From: Thermoplasmatota archaeon
GTDB lineage: Archaea > Thermoplasmatota > Penumbrarchaeia > JASLWR01
Length of the DNA: 64,000 nt
Reading direction: 5' to 3'
NCBI GenBank assembly: GCA_030740765.1
Contig: JASLWR010000010.1
Span: forward strand, 7,819 to 71,818
Made by a program: the position numbers and the translations under genes. Below the pieces are notes generated by a model. That model worked only from the letters and a program-made list of their open reading frames with translations. It made no database searches and had not been told where the DNA came from. Shown here piece by piece: positions 49,380 to 59,583 of this stretch; within the stretch, counting starts at the first letter, position 1, and every line of letters begins with the position of its first letter.

Positions 49380-51706
49380 GCGGAGATAAATTGAAGGTCG
49401 TGGGTTTCAGCGAGATGAAGGTAGACGGCCGGGGACTCGTTACCGGTAAGGCCAAGTACACCGCGGACTGGGTGGAAAACGACATGCTGCACATGAAGAT
49501 ACTTGGCTCACCTCATGCACATGCCCGGATAAAGGGAATCGACACAACCCGCGCTTGGAACCTGCCTGGAGTTGTTGAGATTTTTACTCACGAGAATGTC
49601 CCCCGGATCCCTCACACCACCGCAGGACAGGGTTATCCCGAACCTTCGCCCTATGACTCATTTATTGTGGATAGAAAGGTCCGTTTCGTAGGTGACAGGG
49701 TGGCAATGGTGGTGGCGGAATCCGAAACCATCGCCAAAGAAGCTCTAGGACTTATCGAGGTCGATTACGAACTTCTCCCGGCAGTGCTGGACCTCGAAGA
49801 GGCAATGAAGGAAGGTGCCCCGGTAATACATGACGAGGAAGAGGCGCATGTTATCATACCGGTACCATACGATCCTAGCCGTAATCTTGTGGCTAGAGTA
49901 GACATGGAAATTGGGGATATGGAAGAAGGATTCAGCAGGGCCGACGTTATAGTCGAGGATTCCTATTATGCGCATTACGCTCAGCATTGTCCTGTAGAAC
50001 CCCATATTTCTCTTGCGATTCCGGATCCGGATGGACGAATTTTAATCGTTACTTCGACCCAGGTTCCTTTCCATGTAAGACGTATAACCGCTCAAGCGCT
50101 TGGCATTCCGGTAAAAAGAATACGTGTTATTAAACCCCGAATCGGCGGAGGTTTTGGAACCAAGCAGGAGATTCTTCTGGAGCCTGCTGTGGCGCTTGCA
50201 GCGCTCAAAATTGGGAGGCCGGTAATCTGCGAACTGACGCGAAAAGAGGAATTCATCTCATCCAGGACCCGGCACCCCATTAAGACGGTCCTGAGAACGG
50301 GTTGTACTAGAGAAGGCGAGATTACCGCGGTGGACATGCACTGCTTGTCCAACACCGGAGCATACGGTTCACACGGGCTTACCGTGGTATGTAACTGCGG
50401 ATCGAAGGTACTGCCCCTCTACAAATGTGATAACGTAAAATTCCTGGGTGAAGCAGTTTACACCAATCTGCCGGTCCCGGGAGCATACCGTGGTTACGGG
50501 GCAACCCAGGCAGCATTCGCCATGGAATGTAACATGAACGAAATGGCTAGAAAGATCGGAATGGATCCCCTTGAGTTCAGAAAAAAGAATCATATTGGTA
50601 TTGGAGATACGTCTCCGATATTCGAAGCACTGGGGGAGGGTGGAGAGGGTGTACCTCAAAGCGTGGAGAGCTGTGGACTCGACCAGTGTATCGACCGTGG
50701 AGCCCATGAGATCGGATGGAAGGAAAAATGGGGGGGGAACGACGGGGATAAAAAGATAAAGCGGGGGATCGGTGAAGCTTGCCTCATGCAGGGTTCGTCA
50801 ATACCGAAGATAGATATGGGTGCCGCCAGTATAAAAATGAACGATGACGGATCATTTAACCTGTTGATCGGGGCAACCGATATTGGAACAGGTTCCGATA
50901 CGATACTTGCCCAGATCGCTGCAGAGGAATTGGGATGCAGAACCGAGGATATGATCGTGTATTCATCGGATACGGACATGACCCCCTTTGATGTGGGTGC
51001 CTATGCCTCGTCCACAACATATCTCACAGGCACCGCGGTAAGAAAGACGGCGGCGGAGGTGAAGAAGCAGATAATAAAAGTGGGAGCCGAGATGCTGGGT
51101 GTATCTGAGGAAGAAGTGATGGTGGAGGATCGAGCCATAATATCTTCGGAAACCGGGGAATCAGTTTCTTTCAAGGATGTGGCACTTCGTTCACTCTACA
51201 TGTGCGACCAGCACCAGATCATGGCTACGGCATCGCATATCACGGAGAAGTCGCCGCCTCCCTTTGCAGCCCATTTCGTCGAGGTGGAAGTGGACACCGA
51301 AACGGGAGAGGTAAAATGTCTTAAATATGTCACGGGAACCGACTGTGGGCAGGCCATCAACCCACAACTGGCGGAAGGGCAGACGGAAGGCGCCCTGCTG
51401 AACGGTCTGAGCTATGCCTTGACCGAGGAATATATCTTTAACGATAAAGGACAGATGCTAAATCCAAACTTCAAGAATTACCGTATCTACAGGACCACGG
51501 ATCTCCCGGAGATAGTATCATTCCTCGTGACCACCCACGAACCCACGGGGCCATATGGTGCGAAAAGTGTTTCCGAGATAGGGATAAACGGTGCGCTGCC
51601 AGCTATATCGAATGCAATATACGATGCTGTGGGGGTAAGACTTACAAAACCACCGTTCACAGCAGAAAAGGTATTGCAGGCGCTCGACAATAAAAATAAA
51701 TTCTAA
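49376..51706 (+). CDS. Molybdenum hydroxylase large (molybdopterin-binding) subunit, xanthine dehydrogenase / aldehyde oxidoreductase type
   Basis: a/b-hammerhead N-terminal region and MoCo-binding motifs (GGGFG, GAYRGYGATQAAFAME). The carbon-monoxide-dehydrogenase active-site loop AYxCSFR is absent, so this is not a CODH. Confidence 0.9.
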   Translation: MSGDKLKVVGFSEMKVDGRGLVTGKAKYTADWVENDMLHMKILGSPHAHARIKGIDTTRAWNLPGVVEIFTHENVPRIPHTTAGQGYPEPSPYDSFIVDRKVRFVGDRVAMVVAESETIAKEALGLIEVDYELLPAVLDLEEAMKEGAPVIHDEEEAHVIIPVPYDPSRNLVARVDMEIGDMEEGFSRADVIVEDSYYAHYAQHCPVEPHISLAIPDPDGRILIVTSTQVPFHVRRITAQALGIPVKRIRVIKPRIGGGFGTKQEILLEPAVALAALKIGRPVICELTRKEEFISSRTRHPIKTVLRTGCTREGEITAVDMHCLSNTGAYGSHGLTVVCNCGSKVLPLYKCDNVKFLGEAVYTNLPVPGAYRGYGATQAAFAMECNMNEMARKIGMDPLEFRKKNHIGIGDTSPIFEALGEGGEGVPQSVESCGLDQCIDRGAHEIGWKEKWGGNDGDKKIKRGIGEACLMQGSSIPKIDMGAASIKMNDDGSFNLLIGATDIGTGSDTILAQIAAEELGCRTEDMIVYSSDTDMTPFDVGAYASSTTYLTGTAVRKTAAEVKKQIIKVGAEMLGVSEEEVMVEDRAIISSETGESVSFKDVALRSLYMCDQHQIMATASHITEKSPPPFAAHFVEVEVDTETGEVKCLKYVTGTDCGQAINPQLAEGQTEGALLNGLSYALTEEYIFNDKGQMLNPNFKNYRIYRTTDLPEIVSFLVTTHEPTGPYGAKSVSEIGINGALPAISNAIYDAVGVRLTKPPFTAEKVLQALDNKNKF

Positions 51707-52830
51707 TCATTTGCCGGGAAAGTATAGCTTATGGAAACGCTACCGTACTCATCACGGGTGAATCCTCTAGCCAGGACCTTGTCCTCATATACAATACGGA
51801 CCGTCAGTTCATAAATGCTGTCATCTTCCTTTTTTATGGTCGCACTGAATGATTTGCCGGTGAGATCGTATCTGTAAAATGAATAGCCCTGAACGCTTTT
51901 TGAGGATTCCTCGTTGGAGATGGTGCCGCTCCAGATCCCATTTATATGAAACAATGGTCCCTCCATAGTCAATAGACTGTGTAGCATTGAATTCTATGGT
52001 GCCGTTATAATATACGGAATTGCGATGGTACCACCCCCTGGCTATCGGAAGCCTGTTCGAGACCTTGATCTCATGCATGTTCCAGGCTTCGATACCGTCA
52101 TCATCCCTTACCATTAACTTTATCTCATGGGATCCCAATTTCGTGAAATTGATAAGTTCCAATGACCGGTATGAATATATTATCCCGTCTATTATCCAAG
52201 TATGGTTAATAACTTGACCATAAGGTCAAAACTACCTGAGCCGTCAAGATATAGGGTTTCCCTGGAAAAAAGAGTATCGGGAGCCGTGAATTGGGGCACC
52301 GGAGGCCTGTTTATGATGTCTATCGACGTGAAAACACTGCTAATCGAGCTGCCATTATCCGTGATATTCAAGGTGATGTTATAGTGGCCGTCATCTTTGT
52401 ATTCGTGGTAGGTTATTCCGTCGAAAGACCCATCAGGGGCGATCAAGCTGGATTCAATATATTCGATGCCGTCTCCAAAGGACCACCAGTATTCATCTAT
52501 TGAACCGTCGGGGTCCGTGGAGTTGCTGGCATCCATCAAGACCGGGGTAATTGTGGAAGCACTCGCGGGACACCAGATGGAAGGTGTCGGTGGTAAATTC
52601 ACCGTGGGTCTTACGTCATTTCTGCTGGTTGGTTTCATCAGAAATTCGTTTGGTGTGTTTTCATCTTTTACTTGTAAATCGGCTTCATAGTTGGTCTCGG
52701 GAATTTCGCTTCCGCTATACTCAATCTCACTCCCAACAAACGAACTGGGATTAAAGACCATTACAAAGATTGTGAATGCCAAAATCGACGTGAGCAGCAA
52801 TTTGTTACTTTGAGTTATCCAGTGAAACAT
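51703..52830 (-). pseudogene. Secreted PKD-domain protein split over three frames (two frameshifts)
   Basis: ORFs 52192-52830 (signal peptide + PKD: YWWSFGDGIEYIESS…GHYNITLNITDNG), 51821-52162 (second PKD-like: …YKWDLERHH…, HEIKLMVRDDDG) and 51703-51987 are colinear on the minus strand and read as one ~375-aa protein interrupted near 52190 and 51990. Confidence 0.55.
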
Positions 52831-53083
52831 TGAAACACTCCCGGATGTTTATGTCTTTTCAAGGCGTCGCATGAAATTGACCAAATATATAAATAAGTTA
52901 ATACATCGTTTCCATATTTATATATTATAGAACAAAAATCGAACAAATTATAATATTATTATACTCTGGCACGTTAATCCCAATATTCCACTTCCTCCCT
53001 TCTCTCGGTTTTCGGATCGTCGTTCGTTTCGGTATTTGGATTACCGATAATTCACTCCTGCTTTCCATGAGCCCGCTAGTGTC

Positions 53084-53111
53084 GTTATCTTTTAGTTAAC
53101 AAAAAGATAAC
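53084..53111. promoter_or_regulatory. 28-bp near-perfect palindrome (gttatctttt-agttaaca-aaaagataac) in a divergent intergenic region
   Basis: Two 10-nt arms are exact reverse complements around a central agttaaca. It lies between the divergently oriented 52830(-) and 53311(+) genes and is a candidate operator. Confidence 0.4.
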
Positions 53112-53310
53112 TAATATCGGGGATATTACGATAAATAGCGGAAGGAGGCTCTTGAAAACACAGTCTTGTTCCGGCCAGTACCGAAATAACTTACTTTCAC
53201 TCACCCCCCCCATTTACCTTTATATACTACTTTGAACGTTTATCATAACCGTCACGGGATTTCCGTTGCCTGCGATATAAAAGAAAAGAATAACGGAAGA
53301 AGATGATCGA

Positions 53311-53619
53311 ATGGATAGTGAAATTGAGAAAGAACGTAATAATAGAAAACGAAAGGGAATGGGCCCTGCTCCCTTCCTGGATTATGATGAAAAAAAAATA
53401 GAAAAAAAATCGTTAAAGGATGATTTGCCGTTGGATGAGTTCATTAGAAAAGTTGTACATTCACATCAGGTACTCATAAAGGCTTTCCGGCTTCTGGATC
53501 TACAGAGTTCTCTATATCTGTTGAGAAGCAGTGACGTGGTTCTTTTCTTTAGAAATCGGGAAAAGAAATTGCGCGGCTTGATAAGGGGTTTGCGGGAAAA
53601 TTGCCAGATCGCACCCTAG
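53311..53619 (+). CDS. Hypothetical basic protein
   Basis: 102-aa ORF with a K/R/E-rich N-terminus. No recognisable motif. Coding status uncertain. Confidence 0.25.
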   Translation: MDSEIEKERNNRKRKGMGPAPFLDYDEKKIEKKSLKDDLPLDEFIRKVVHSHQVLIKAFRLLDLQSSLYLLRSSDVVLFFRNREKKLRGLIRGLRENCQIAP

Positions 53620-53653
53620 GGCTTCTAAGATGATTTGTAACTTACCAAAAAAA

Positions 53654-54733
53654 TTAAATCGAGAACTCCGAGTCCTTTTCCAGTTTTAGCTCATCCCTTA
53701 GAGAAGCTAGAAGGTCATGTTCGTCGTCATCGATGATGCCGTCCTCGAGCACTTTCATCATGGCGTCCATGTATATCTTGACATTGTTACGCCTGCCATC
53801 ACGAACCTCCTTCTCCAGCTTATCATGTTCTTCTTTATCGAACCCAAGGTTACGTTTCAATTGATCTAGTTCGTCCTGTTCCTCACGGGTGACCACGCCG
53901 TCTGCCCATACTTTCTCAAGGCAGGATTTGTAGACCTCTACATCCTCATTGTGAGATTCCTCGTCCCACTTTGCAACGTACCCCTTGGGAACCGCCTGGG
54001 GCTCGGAGATATTTTCCTCCGCAATTTCCCGGTCTATTTGCGGCACCTTCCTCTTCACCTCCACCGCAGGCCCCCTCATTTTCTTGGCAATTTCATTTGC
54101 AATGTTCACTGCCTCCACCGATATGTCCACCGCTTCGAGATAGTTGTCCTGCATCATGGCATTCCTGGCCTTGAGGAATCTATCGAATGCCATGCCAATA
54201 TTCACCCCTCGATCCCTGTGTTTCACGAGCTTTTCCTTCGTCAACAGTAACACATTGACAGCATATTTGTACAATACGGATTTCGCCGATTCCTTAGAGT
54301 GTTGTGCCAGCTCTATCGCTCGGCTTATTTCGCCTTTGTTAACGGCATATTTCGCCTGAATGAAGAAGTTTTCAGCTTCCCGGACGTCCCCGTTTATCTT
54401 TCTTAAGTCATCCATGAATTTTCTTGCACTAATAAGAATGTTGTTGAATTGCATTATCTGGTCCTTTCCGGAGGCCGAACCCACGGGGACCGGCATTTCC
54501 TTCCTTCTGAGGCTTGCGTCGTATGCCTGTCTCTCCCCCTCGTTCAGGAGGATATCCTTTGCATTGTTTAGTTTCTTCATCTCCTCGTTTGCAACCTCTT
54601 TCAATTTCGGCCCGAGATTTGCTACTTTGTCAGGATGATACATCAGGGCCATTTTCTTGTAGGCTTTTCGGATCTCCTTTACCGTAGAGTCCATTGGAAT
54701 GTCCAGCAGTTCGTAATAATTAGTATCTTCCAT
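53654..54733 (-). CDS. J-domain (DnaJ-like) protein with C-terminal TerB-like tandem DG(V/I)(V/I)…E…D.L…L repeats
   Basis: N-terminal J domain YYELLDIPMDSTVKEIRKAYKKMALMYHPDK. Two C-terminal repeats (DGVVTREEQDELDQLKRNLGF / DGIIDDDEHDLLASLRDELKL) resembling TerB/DjlA-N-terminal-type helical repeats. Confidence 0.7.
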   Translation of the reverse strand: MEDTNYYELLDIPMDSTVKEIRKAYKKMALMYHPDKVANLGPKLKEVANEEMKKLNNAKDILLNEGERQAYDASLRRKEMPVPVGSASGKDQIMQFNNILISARKFMDDLRKINGDVREAENFFIQAKYAVNKGEISRAIELAQHSKESAKSVLYKYAVNVLLLTKEKLVKHRDRGVNIGMAFDRFLKARNAMMQDNYLEAVDISVEAVNIANEIAKKMRGPAVEVKRKVPQIDREIAEENISEPQAVPKGYVAKWDEESHNEDVEVYKSCLEKVWADGVVTREEQDELDQLKRNLGFDKEEHDKLEKEVRDGRRNNVKIYMDAMMKVLEDGIIDDDEHDLLASLRDELKLEKDSEFSI

Positions 54734-54755
54734 ATGCAGTTCACCTTTGCTCTCG

Positions 54756-55730
54756 TTATTTTTGACTTATACTCTCAAGGGCGATCACAGTTATTTCATT
54801 TATCAACGATGTCGTCAATTCAAGGCACTCGGCATATCGTCCCTCATCGCTTTTAGATTTTGCCTCTGAATATCTTTTTGTATAACTATTTCTCATCTCT
54901 CCATTGGACAACTCACCAATACAAACATCGAGCCGCGTGAGGTGGGAATCTGATTTTATGCGGGTTATATCTTTGCCTGCAATCTCCCTTGCTTTTTGGA
55001 ATAATATGCAAAAATTATTTTCGTCACGTCGAAGTATCATATTTCTGCATTCGCCAAGATATTTCCGGGTCTCCATGTATATTGCTTCGCTCTTGTCGAG
55101 AAGGTCGAGATCTTTTTCAAATCGATCTAGTTCTATTTTATGATCCGCAATTTTCAAGGCCAATTCGATCTCGTCAAGACCGCGTTTGTACTGTTCGCCA
55201 GCTTCGTCCCAATTTTCCTTCTCGAGAGACGCTTTTGCTTTTTCCCTGATAATATAAAGTGAATTGACAGGGATATTTTTTTTCTCCAGATTCTCCATTC
55301 TCTCTCGGAACAACTTATCCAGGGCTTCAAGATTCTCCTGCATGTATACATTGTAAGCTTTCTGGATCTTCGAAGCCAATTCTTCCATTCTCCCGCCAAT
55401 ATCTTGATCCTCATTTAACTTATTTTTAATTAAATCCAGTTCATCATCAATGGTCGCTCTTTCCAGCAGCTGTGATGGAATTCGATCCATCTTTTCTTTT
55501 AACTCTTTGATTCGGTTCAGTTCTTTCTCCCTGAATGCTGAGAGTTCACTTTCATTGCACATGCCGATCACTTCTCTGAAAAGACGCGTGGCAATGTCGA
55601 GTTCTCCCCTATCCCTCAGCTTTACAGCTCTATCGTATAGAATCCGGATATTGTTAGTATCGATCTTCCTTTCCGAAAGCGTCAGAAGACATCTCCTGGC
55701 TTCTTTATACTGGTTTGTTATTTTTTCCAT
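54756..55730 (-). CDS. Hypothetical alpha-helical / coiled-coil protein
   Basis: 324 aa, predicted all-helical with heptad-like K/E/L periodicity. Lies 22 nt from the downstream J-domain gene and 6 nt from the upstream gene on the same strand. Confidence 0.5.
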   Translation of the reverse strand: MEKITNQYKEARRCLLTLSERKIDTNNIRILYDRAVKLRDRGELDIATRLFREVIGMCNESELSAFREKELNRIKELKEKMDRIPSQLLERATIDDELDLIKNKLNEDQDIGGRMEELASKIQKAYNVYMQENLEALDKLFRERMENLEKKNIPVNSLYIIREKAKASLEKENWDEAGEQYKRGLDEIELALKIADHKIELDRFEKDLDLLDKSEAIYMETRKYLGECRNMILRRDENNFCILFQKAREIAGKDITRIKSDSHLTRLDVCIGELSNGEMRNSYTKRYSEAKSKSDEGRYAECLELTTSLINEITVIALESISQK

Positions 55731-55736
55731 ATCCCT

Positions 55737-56717
55737 TCATAAAATGTAGTCACTTAGAAGCCTTTCCAGTTCCTCGGCAAGCTCATTGGCTCCCACCAGA
55801 TCATTATTATAAACCAATTTCTCGAGCATCAGGGCACCCTTTACCAAGTCATCGTCTACAACGTAGTTCTCGCTTATCATTGCGTTGATACGATTATATC
55901 GAGATTGCATCTCATCCGTTCTCGTCTCCTTGTATACTTCCTGTTTTCCCCATTCGACATCAACCTTTTCTCGCGACGCACCTTCTCTTTCTTTTTCGTC
56001 CTCATAAAAATTCTCTTTGTCCTCCATTGAAGGATGTTTTAAAAAATGTTCGGAATCTTCTACAAGTCCTTTAGATATATAATCCATTGATTTGAACTCT
56101 GCCTGGTCTTTGTAATCTACAATTCCAACTTCATCATCCGTTTCGTCATAAAGAGGAATCAGTATAGGAAGATCTTCATCCGTCTCGGTGTATCTTCCCA
56201 GGGTGGATATGGATATTTCTTCGTTTACTTGATTTCTACTACGGGCCGCTTCCACTTCCATTCTCGTGATAATCTCCTCGATCATCTCCCCTTCATTGAC
56301 GTTAACCAGTAATGAAGGTCCCATAAGAAAATTATACATCTCGATTATTTTGTCCATCTTAATAATAAAAAGCTGGACCTGATCGTAATCCTTATCCTTC
56401 AGAGCCAACCTGCATTGGCTGTATAATCTTCTCAGTGCGACGGTGTTCATGCCCTTCTTGACCATCTTTGCGATCTCTTTTTCAATCTGCAATAGCCCGT
56501 TGTGGATGTTGTCCATACGGGTGAGGATTTCTCCGGTCTCTTTCCGTATATGCAAAACCTCTTTTTTCGCTTGGGCCAAGTCTCCTTCTTTGAGAAGCTC
56601 TATGGTTTTCTTTATATTCTTATTATAGGAATCTACGGGGACGTCGATATTTTTTAAAAAGTTCCTGGAGTTATATACATTGAGTAATTGCCCCTTGATT
56701 TCTTGAATGTCTACCAC
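55737..56717 (-). CDS. Hypothetical alpha-helical protein with an acidic central region
   Basis: 326 aa. Helical N- and C-terminal thirds. Acidic, Y/E/D-rich middle. Same operon as the neighbouring genes. Confidence 0.5.
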   Translation of the reverse strand: MVDIQEIKGQLLNVYNSRNFLKNIDVPVDSYNKNIKKTIELLKEGDLAQAKKEVLHIRKETGEILTRMDNIHNGLLQIEKEIAKMVKKGMNTVALRRLYSQCRLALKDKDYDQVQLFIIKMDKIIEMYNFLMGPSLLVNVNEGEMIEEIITRMEVEAARSRNQVNEEISISTLGRYTETDEDLPILIPLYDETDDEVGIVDYKDQAEFKSMDYISKGLVEDSEHFLKHPSMEDKENFYEDEKEREGASREKVDVEWGKQEVYKETRTDEMQSRYNRINAMISENYVVDDDLVKGALMLEKLVYNNDLVGANELAEELERLLSDYIL

Positions 56718-56874
56718 GTATATTCTCCATCATCATCATAAAGAAGGGTGCTATCAGAACTCATAGGGTTCATCACTTGTTCAGCTGGAACGGTTTTCAT
56801 CATATAACACCAGTTAGTTGGAGTAATATTATTCAGCAAGGATGGGATAATTTTACTTTGAGATATACGTGAAT

Positions 56875-57579
56875 TCAGATATTCAATTTTTCAAATAACA
56901 CCTTGTCAGAGAAGACCTCAATTCCATCTTTTGTAATCTTATACGGATGTATTCGTTCATCGGTGAAATCGCCTCTCATCTTACCTATACCAACCGCCCT
57001 TTCCCTTCCCCCGGGAGTGCGTGTGAAATAGAACCTGATTATCCCACTGAGAGTATACATTTGGATGGAATTAAAACGTTTGTTCACATCATCTAAAAAC
57101 AATACTGTGCAATCTTTCTGTGAGGATAGTGTACTCATCAACCTCAATATTCGTCTCCTCGCTTCGATTTTCGGCTCCATCAGTGTGATCTTCTTCAGGG
57201 AATCGAAAACTATCCGATGGTAGTTCTTTTTAGCAAACAAGACAGAAAAAAGGTTCTCGAAATATCTGAAATTCTTGTATTCAGGGGTCTCCATGACATC
57301 TATCAGGTCTATACAGAGCAGCTCTATCCCCGAAACATCCCAGTTATATAACGCTGCGTTGTCTTTCAGATCTTCTTCTATTTCACAGAGAGAGACGAAA
57401 AGGACATTTTCATCATCTTTTAAGCCTTGGCGTAGGAAATGCAATCCCAGAGTGCTTTTTCCGGATCCCGGTGGTCCTGTAATAAGATAATTTCGTCCGG
57501 AAATAAGCCCCCCTTTCAAAATATGGTCCAGACCGGATATGCCGGTGGATATTTTATCCATTTTATCATCCTCTGTCAA
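56875..57579 (-). CDS. KaiC-like / RecA-superfamily single-domain ATPase
   Basis: STGISGLDHILKGGLISGRNYLITGPPGSGKSTLGLHFL (Walker A) and Walker B hhhhD (TVLFLDDV). About 230 aa, the size of archaeal KaiC-like/FlaH-like ATPases. Confidence 0.75.
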   Translation of the reverse strand: MTEDDKMDKISTGISGLDHILKGGLISGRNYLITGPPGSGKSTLGLHFLRQGLKDDENVLFVSLCEIEEDLKDNAALYNWDVSGIELLCIDLIDVMETPEYKNFRYFENLFSVLFAKKNYHRIVFDSLKKITLMEPKIEARRRILRLMSTLSSQKDCTVLFLDDVNKRFNSIQMYTLSGIIRFYFTRTPGGRERAVGIGKMRGDFTDERIHPYKITKDGIEVFSDKVLFEKLNI

Positions 57580-57633
57580 TATGTGTAAATTATTAATCGT
57601 AATGATTTGTCCTTAGTAGATTAGGTTAAAATA

Positions 57634-58167
57634 TTATAAATATTGTGATTGGATTGATATTATCTCACTGCTATCCAATGCCTCTGAATAACATTTCAGA
57701 ATCTCCTCATTCAATTCGATAAAGTTGTTTCCCCAGGTATATATTCTCAATATTCTTCTCGCCTGATCGCGAAATCCTGTAATATAGAGAGCTGCACTGA
57801 AGGCTTCCAGAGTAGATAGTCGGAAAGGTTTCCCCCAATAAGACGGATTAGCCGCCAAAAGGAATGGCAGCGCCCGTGATTCGTATTTGCTACTTAGAAT
57901 TCTTTTCGAAAAAATCCTCTCGGCGTTCCTCCATGAGCAGTCAATTATCCCAATACCCTTTTTTTGTGTATTTGGTCTGTCGAGGGGAGAAAGAGCTGTC
58001 TTCGCATACGGGTGAAGAAGAACCGTACGTGGTGGGAATTTATAGATCGAATTTACCTTTCGGGCCATTGAGAAGCGAATCAATTTCTTTGCCGAGCATT
58101 TTTTTGGATCATCCCCTTCAAGGTCAACGATCCACAGGGGAATTTCATCAGCATTCATCCAGGTCAA
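57634..58167 (-). CDS. tsr3: Tsr3 (DUF367) 16S/18S rRNA aminocarboxypropyltransferase
   Basis: 177 aa. The conserved GIGIIDCSW motif and overall DUF367 pattern. Confidence 0.75.
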   Translation of the reverse strand: MTWMNADEIPLWIVDLEGDDPKKCSAKKLIRFSMARKVNSIYKFPPRTVLLHPYAKTALSPLDRPNTQKKGIGIIDCSWRNAERIFSKRILSSKYESRALPFLLAANPSYWGKPFRLSTLEAFSAALYITGFRDQARRILRIYTWGNNFIELNEEILKCYSEALDSSEIISIQSQYL

Positions 58168-58715
58168 TTCTCCCCGTTAATCCTAATGTAGACTTGCTCC
58201 AATCCTTGTCTCAGCTCTGCAAGAGAGCTTTCATTAACCACCATGAACTCTGCCAATGAAATTAATTCTCCAAGTCCATAACCCAGTTCTCTATCATCTC
58301 TGGCCTTGATTTCCTCAGGATTATTCGTATCATCACTGCGGGATCTTTTCATTATTCGCAAGTGTCGAGTGCTCTCCGATGCATGTATAGCGATAATCGA
58401 CGCCTTTTGAGAAATTCTGTTTTCAATGGTGCTTAATTCCATAGGACCTCTTACGCCGTCGAGAATGATATTTTCATAGTTTGATTTTTCAATTTTTTTA
58501 GCAGTACGTTCGGCCCAAACTCCCTGACCGAATTTTTCTCGCAAATGATTCGCCAGATGAGCCAGGTTCCGGGCATTTGGCTCCATTCCCCGCGAGCTGG
58601 CTTCCTCCCTTACTCCATCGCCCAGGCTGAATACATGAAATCCGTTCTCCCTGAAAAAACCGATGGCCTCGCCTTTGCCGGAAGCCGGCATGCCGATTAT
58701 TGCGAGAAGTTTCAT
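58164..58715 (-). CDS. UPF0200-type small P-loop nucleotide kinase (dephospho-CoA kinase-like fold)
   Basis: MKLLAIIGMPASGKGEAI P-loop. About 180 aa, with an adenylate/dephospho-CoA-kinase-like arrangement. Confidence 0.65.
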   Translation of the reverse strand: MKLLAIIGMPASGKGEAIGFFRENGFHVFSLGDGVREEASSRGMEPNARNLAHLANHLREKFGQGVWAERTAKKIEKSNYENIILDGVRGPMELSTIENRISQKASIIAIHASESTRHLRIMKRSRSDDTNNPEEIKARDDRELGYGLGELISLAEFMVVNESSLAELRQGLEQVYIRINGEN

Positions 58716-59125
58716 TATTACACCTCAGATCTATATTGCAGCCATACACTTTTCGATTTGCTAATCTTTTTACTTTATTAAAATTATTTTGTCCTGGATT
58801 GGAATATTGGTATTCTTGGAATTAAATTTATGAGGGAATACTATTCAGTAGAAAGCGGAGTGTTCTAAATGAACATCAACATATGGGCGTTCTACCATGG
58901 ATGTATGTTCCCTTCTCACACGACAAATATTTTGAACGAATTTATCGGACAAACTACTTCAGATACTCTATATCATATGGGGTACTATTATCCTAAACTT
59001 CACGTTATAGACACGTCTGGAGGATCTTTGGGATATTTGAATGAAAGGATAATAGCAGAGGAAAGATATTTATATCTTCACTTACTGCATATCTATTGGA
59101 TTCACTGGACCTATTATAATAAATA

Positions 59126-59569
59126 TTGAACCGAATGAACGAAAAGAGGTTTCAGATGGCAACGGAGAAAATCCTCGGTATGGAGATGACAGATATATTG
59201 ATGTTAATTGGCATACTCTTCGTGTTCATTCTAATATCATACGTTATCATACAGGCTATAATCCGGAGGAACACCATTCGTACCCGGATTCGCCTGGAAG
59301 AGATCGAGAACGAGAAGATGAAGATGAACATGCTATTCAAGAAAAAACTGCGTGAAGAACTTAAGGATGCAGGTCTTTTTCTCTCCAAGAAAGAGATGGA
59401 TCATGTGGATTCCATAAAATTAGACAATTCAATACTTTCACGCAAGATCCTGTACAAGATGACTGAAATGGACCAGAAGACCCAGAGGCTAGAACTGGGG
59501 GTCAACAAGGCCAAACTTGAAGGCAAGCTGGATGAGATCGAGGATTATGAAAAAAAATTATTCACATAG
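59126..59569 (+). CDS. Hypothetical protein with an N-terminal TM helix and a coiled-coil tail
   Basis: TM ILMLIGILFVFILISYVIIQAII followed by a K/E-rich helical region. Confidence 0.35.
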   Translation: MNRMNEKRFQMATEKILGMEMTDILMLIGILFVFILISYVIIQAIIRRNTIRTRIRLEEIENEKMKMNMLFKKKLREELKDAGLFLSKKEMDHVDSIKLDNSILSRKILYKMTEMDQKTQRLELGVNKAKLEGKLDEIEDYEKKLFT

Positions 59570-59583
59570 GTCCGGTTAAAAAA

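Noticed and set aside
49376-51706. Possibility that the Mo enzyme is a carbon-monoxide dehydrogenase (CoxL), which would link it to the AAA+/VWA pair as CoxD/CoxE.
   Set aside because: The CODH active-site loop AYxCSFR is absent and GAYRGYG is present instead. The AAA+/VWA genes are also 25 kb away.
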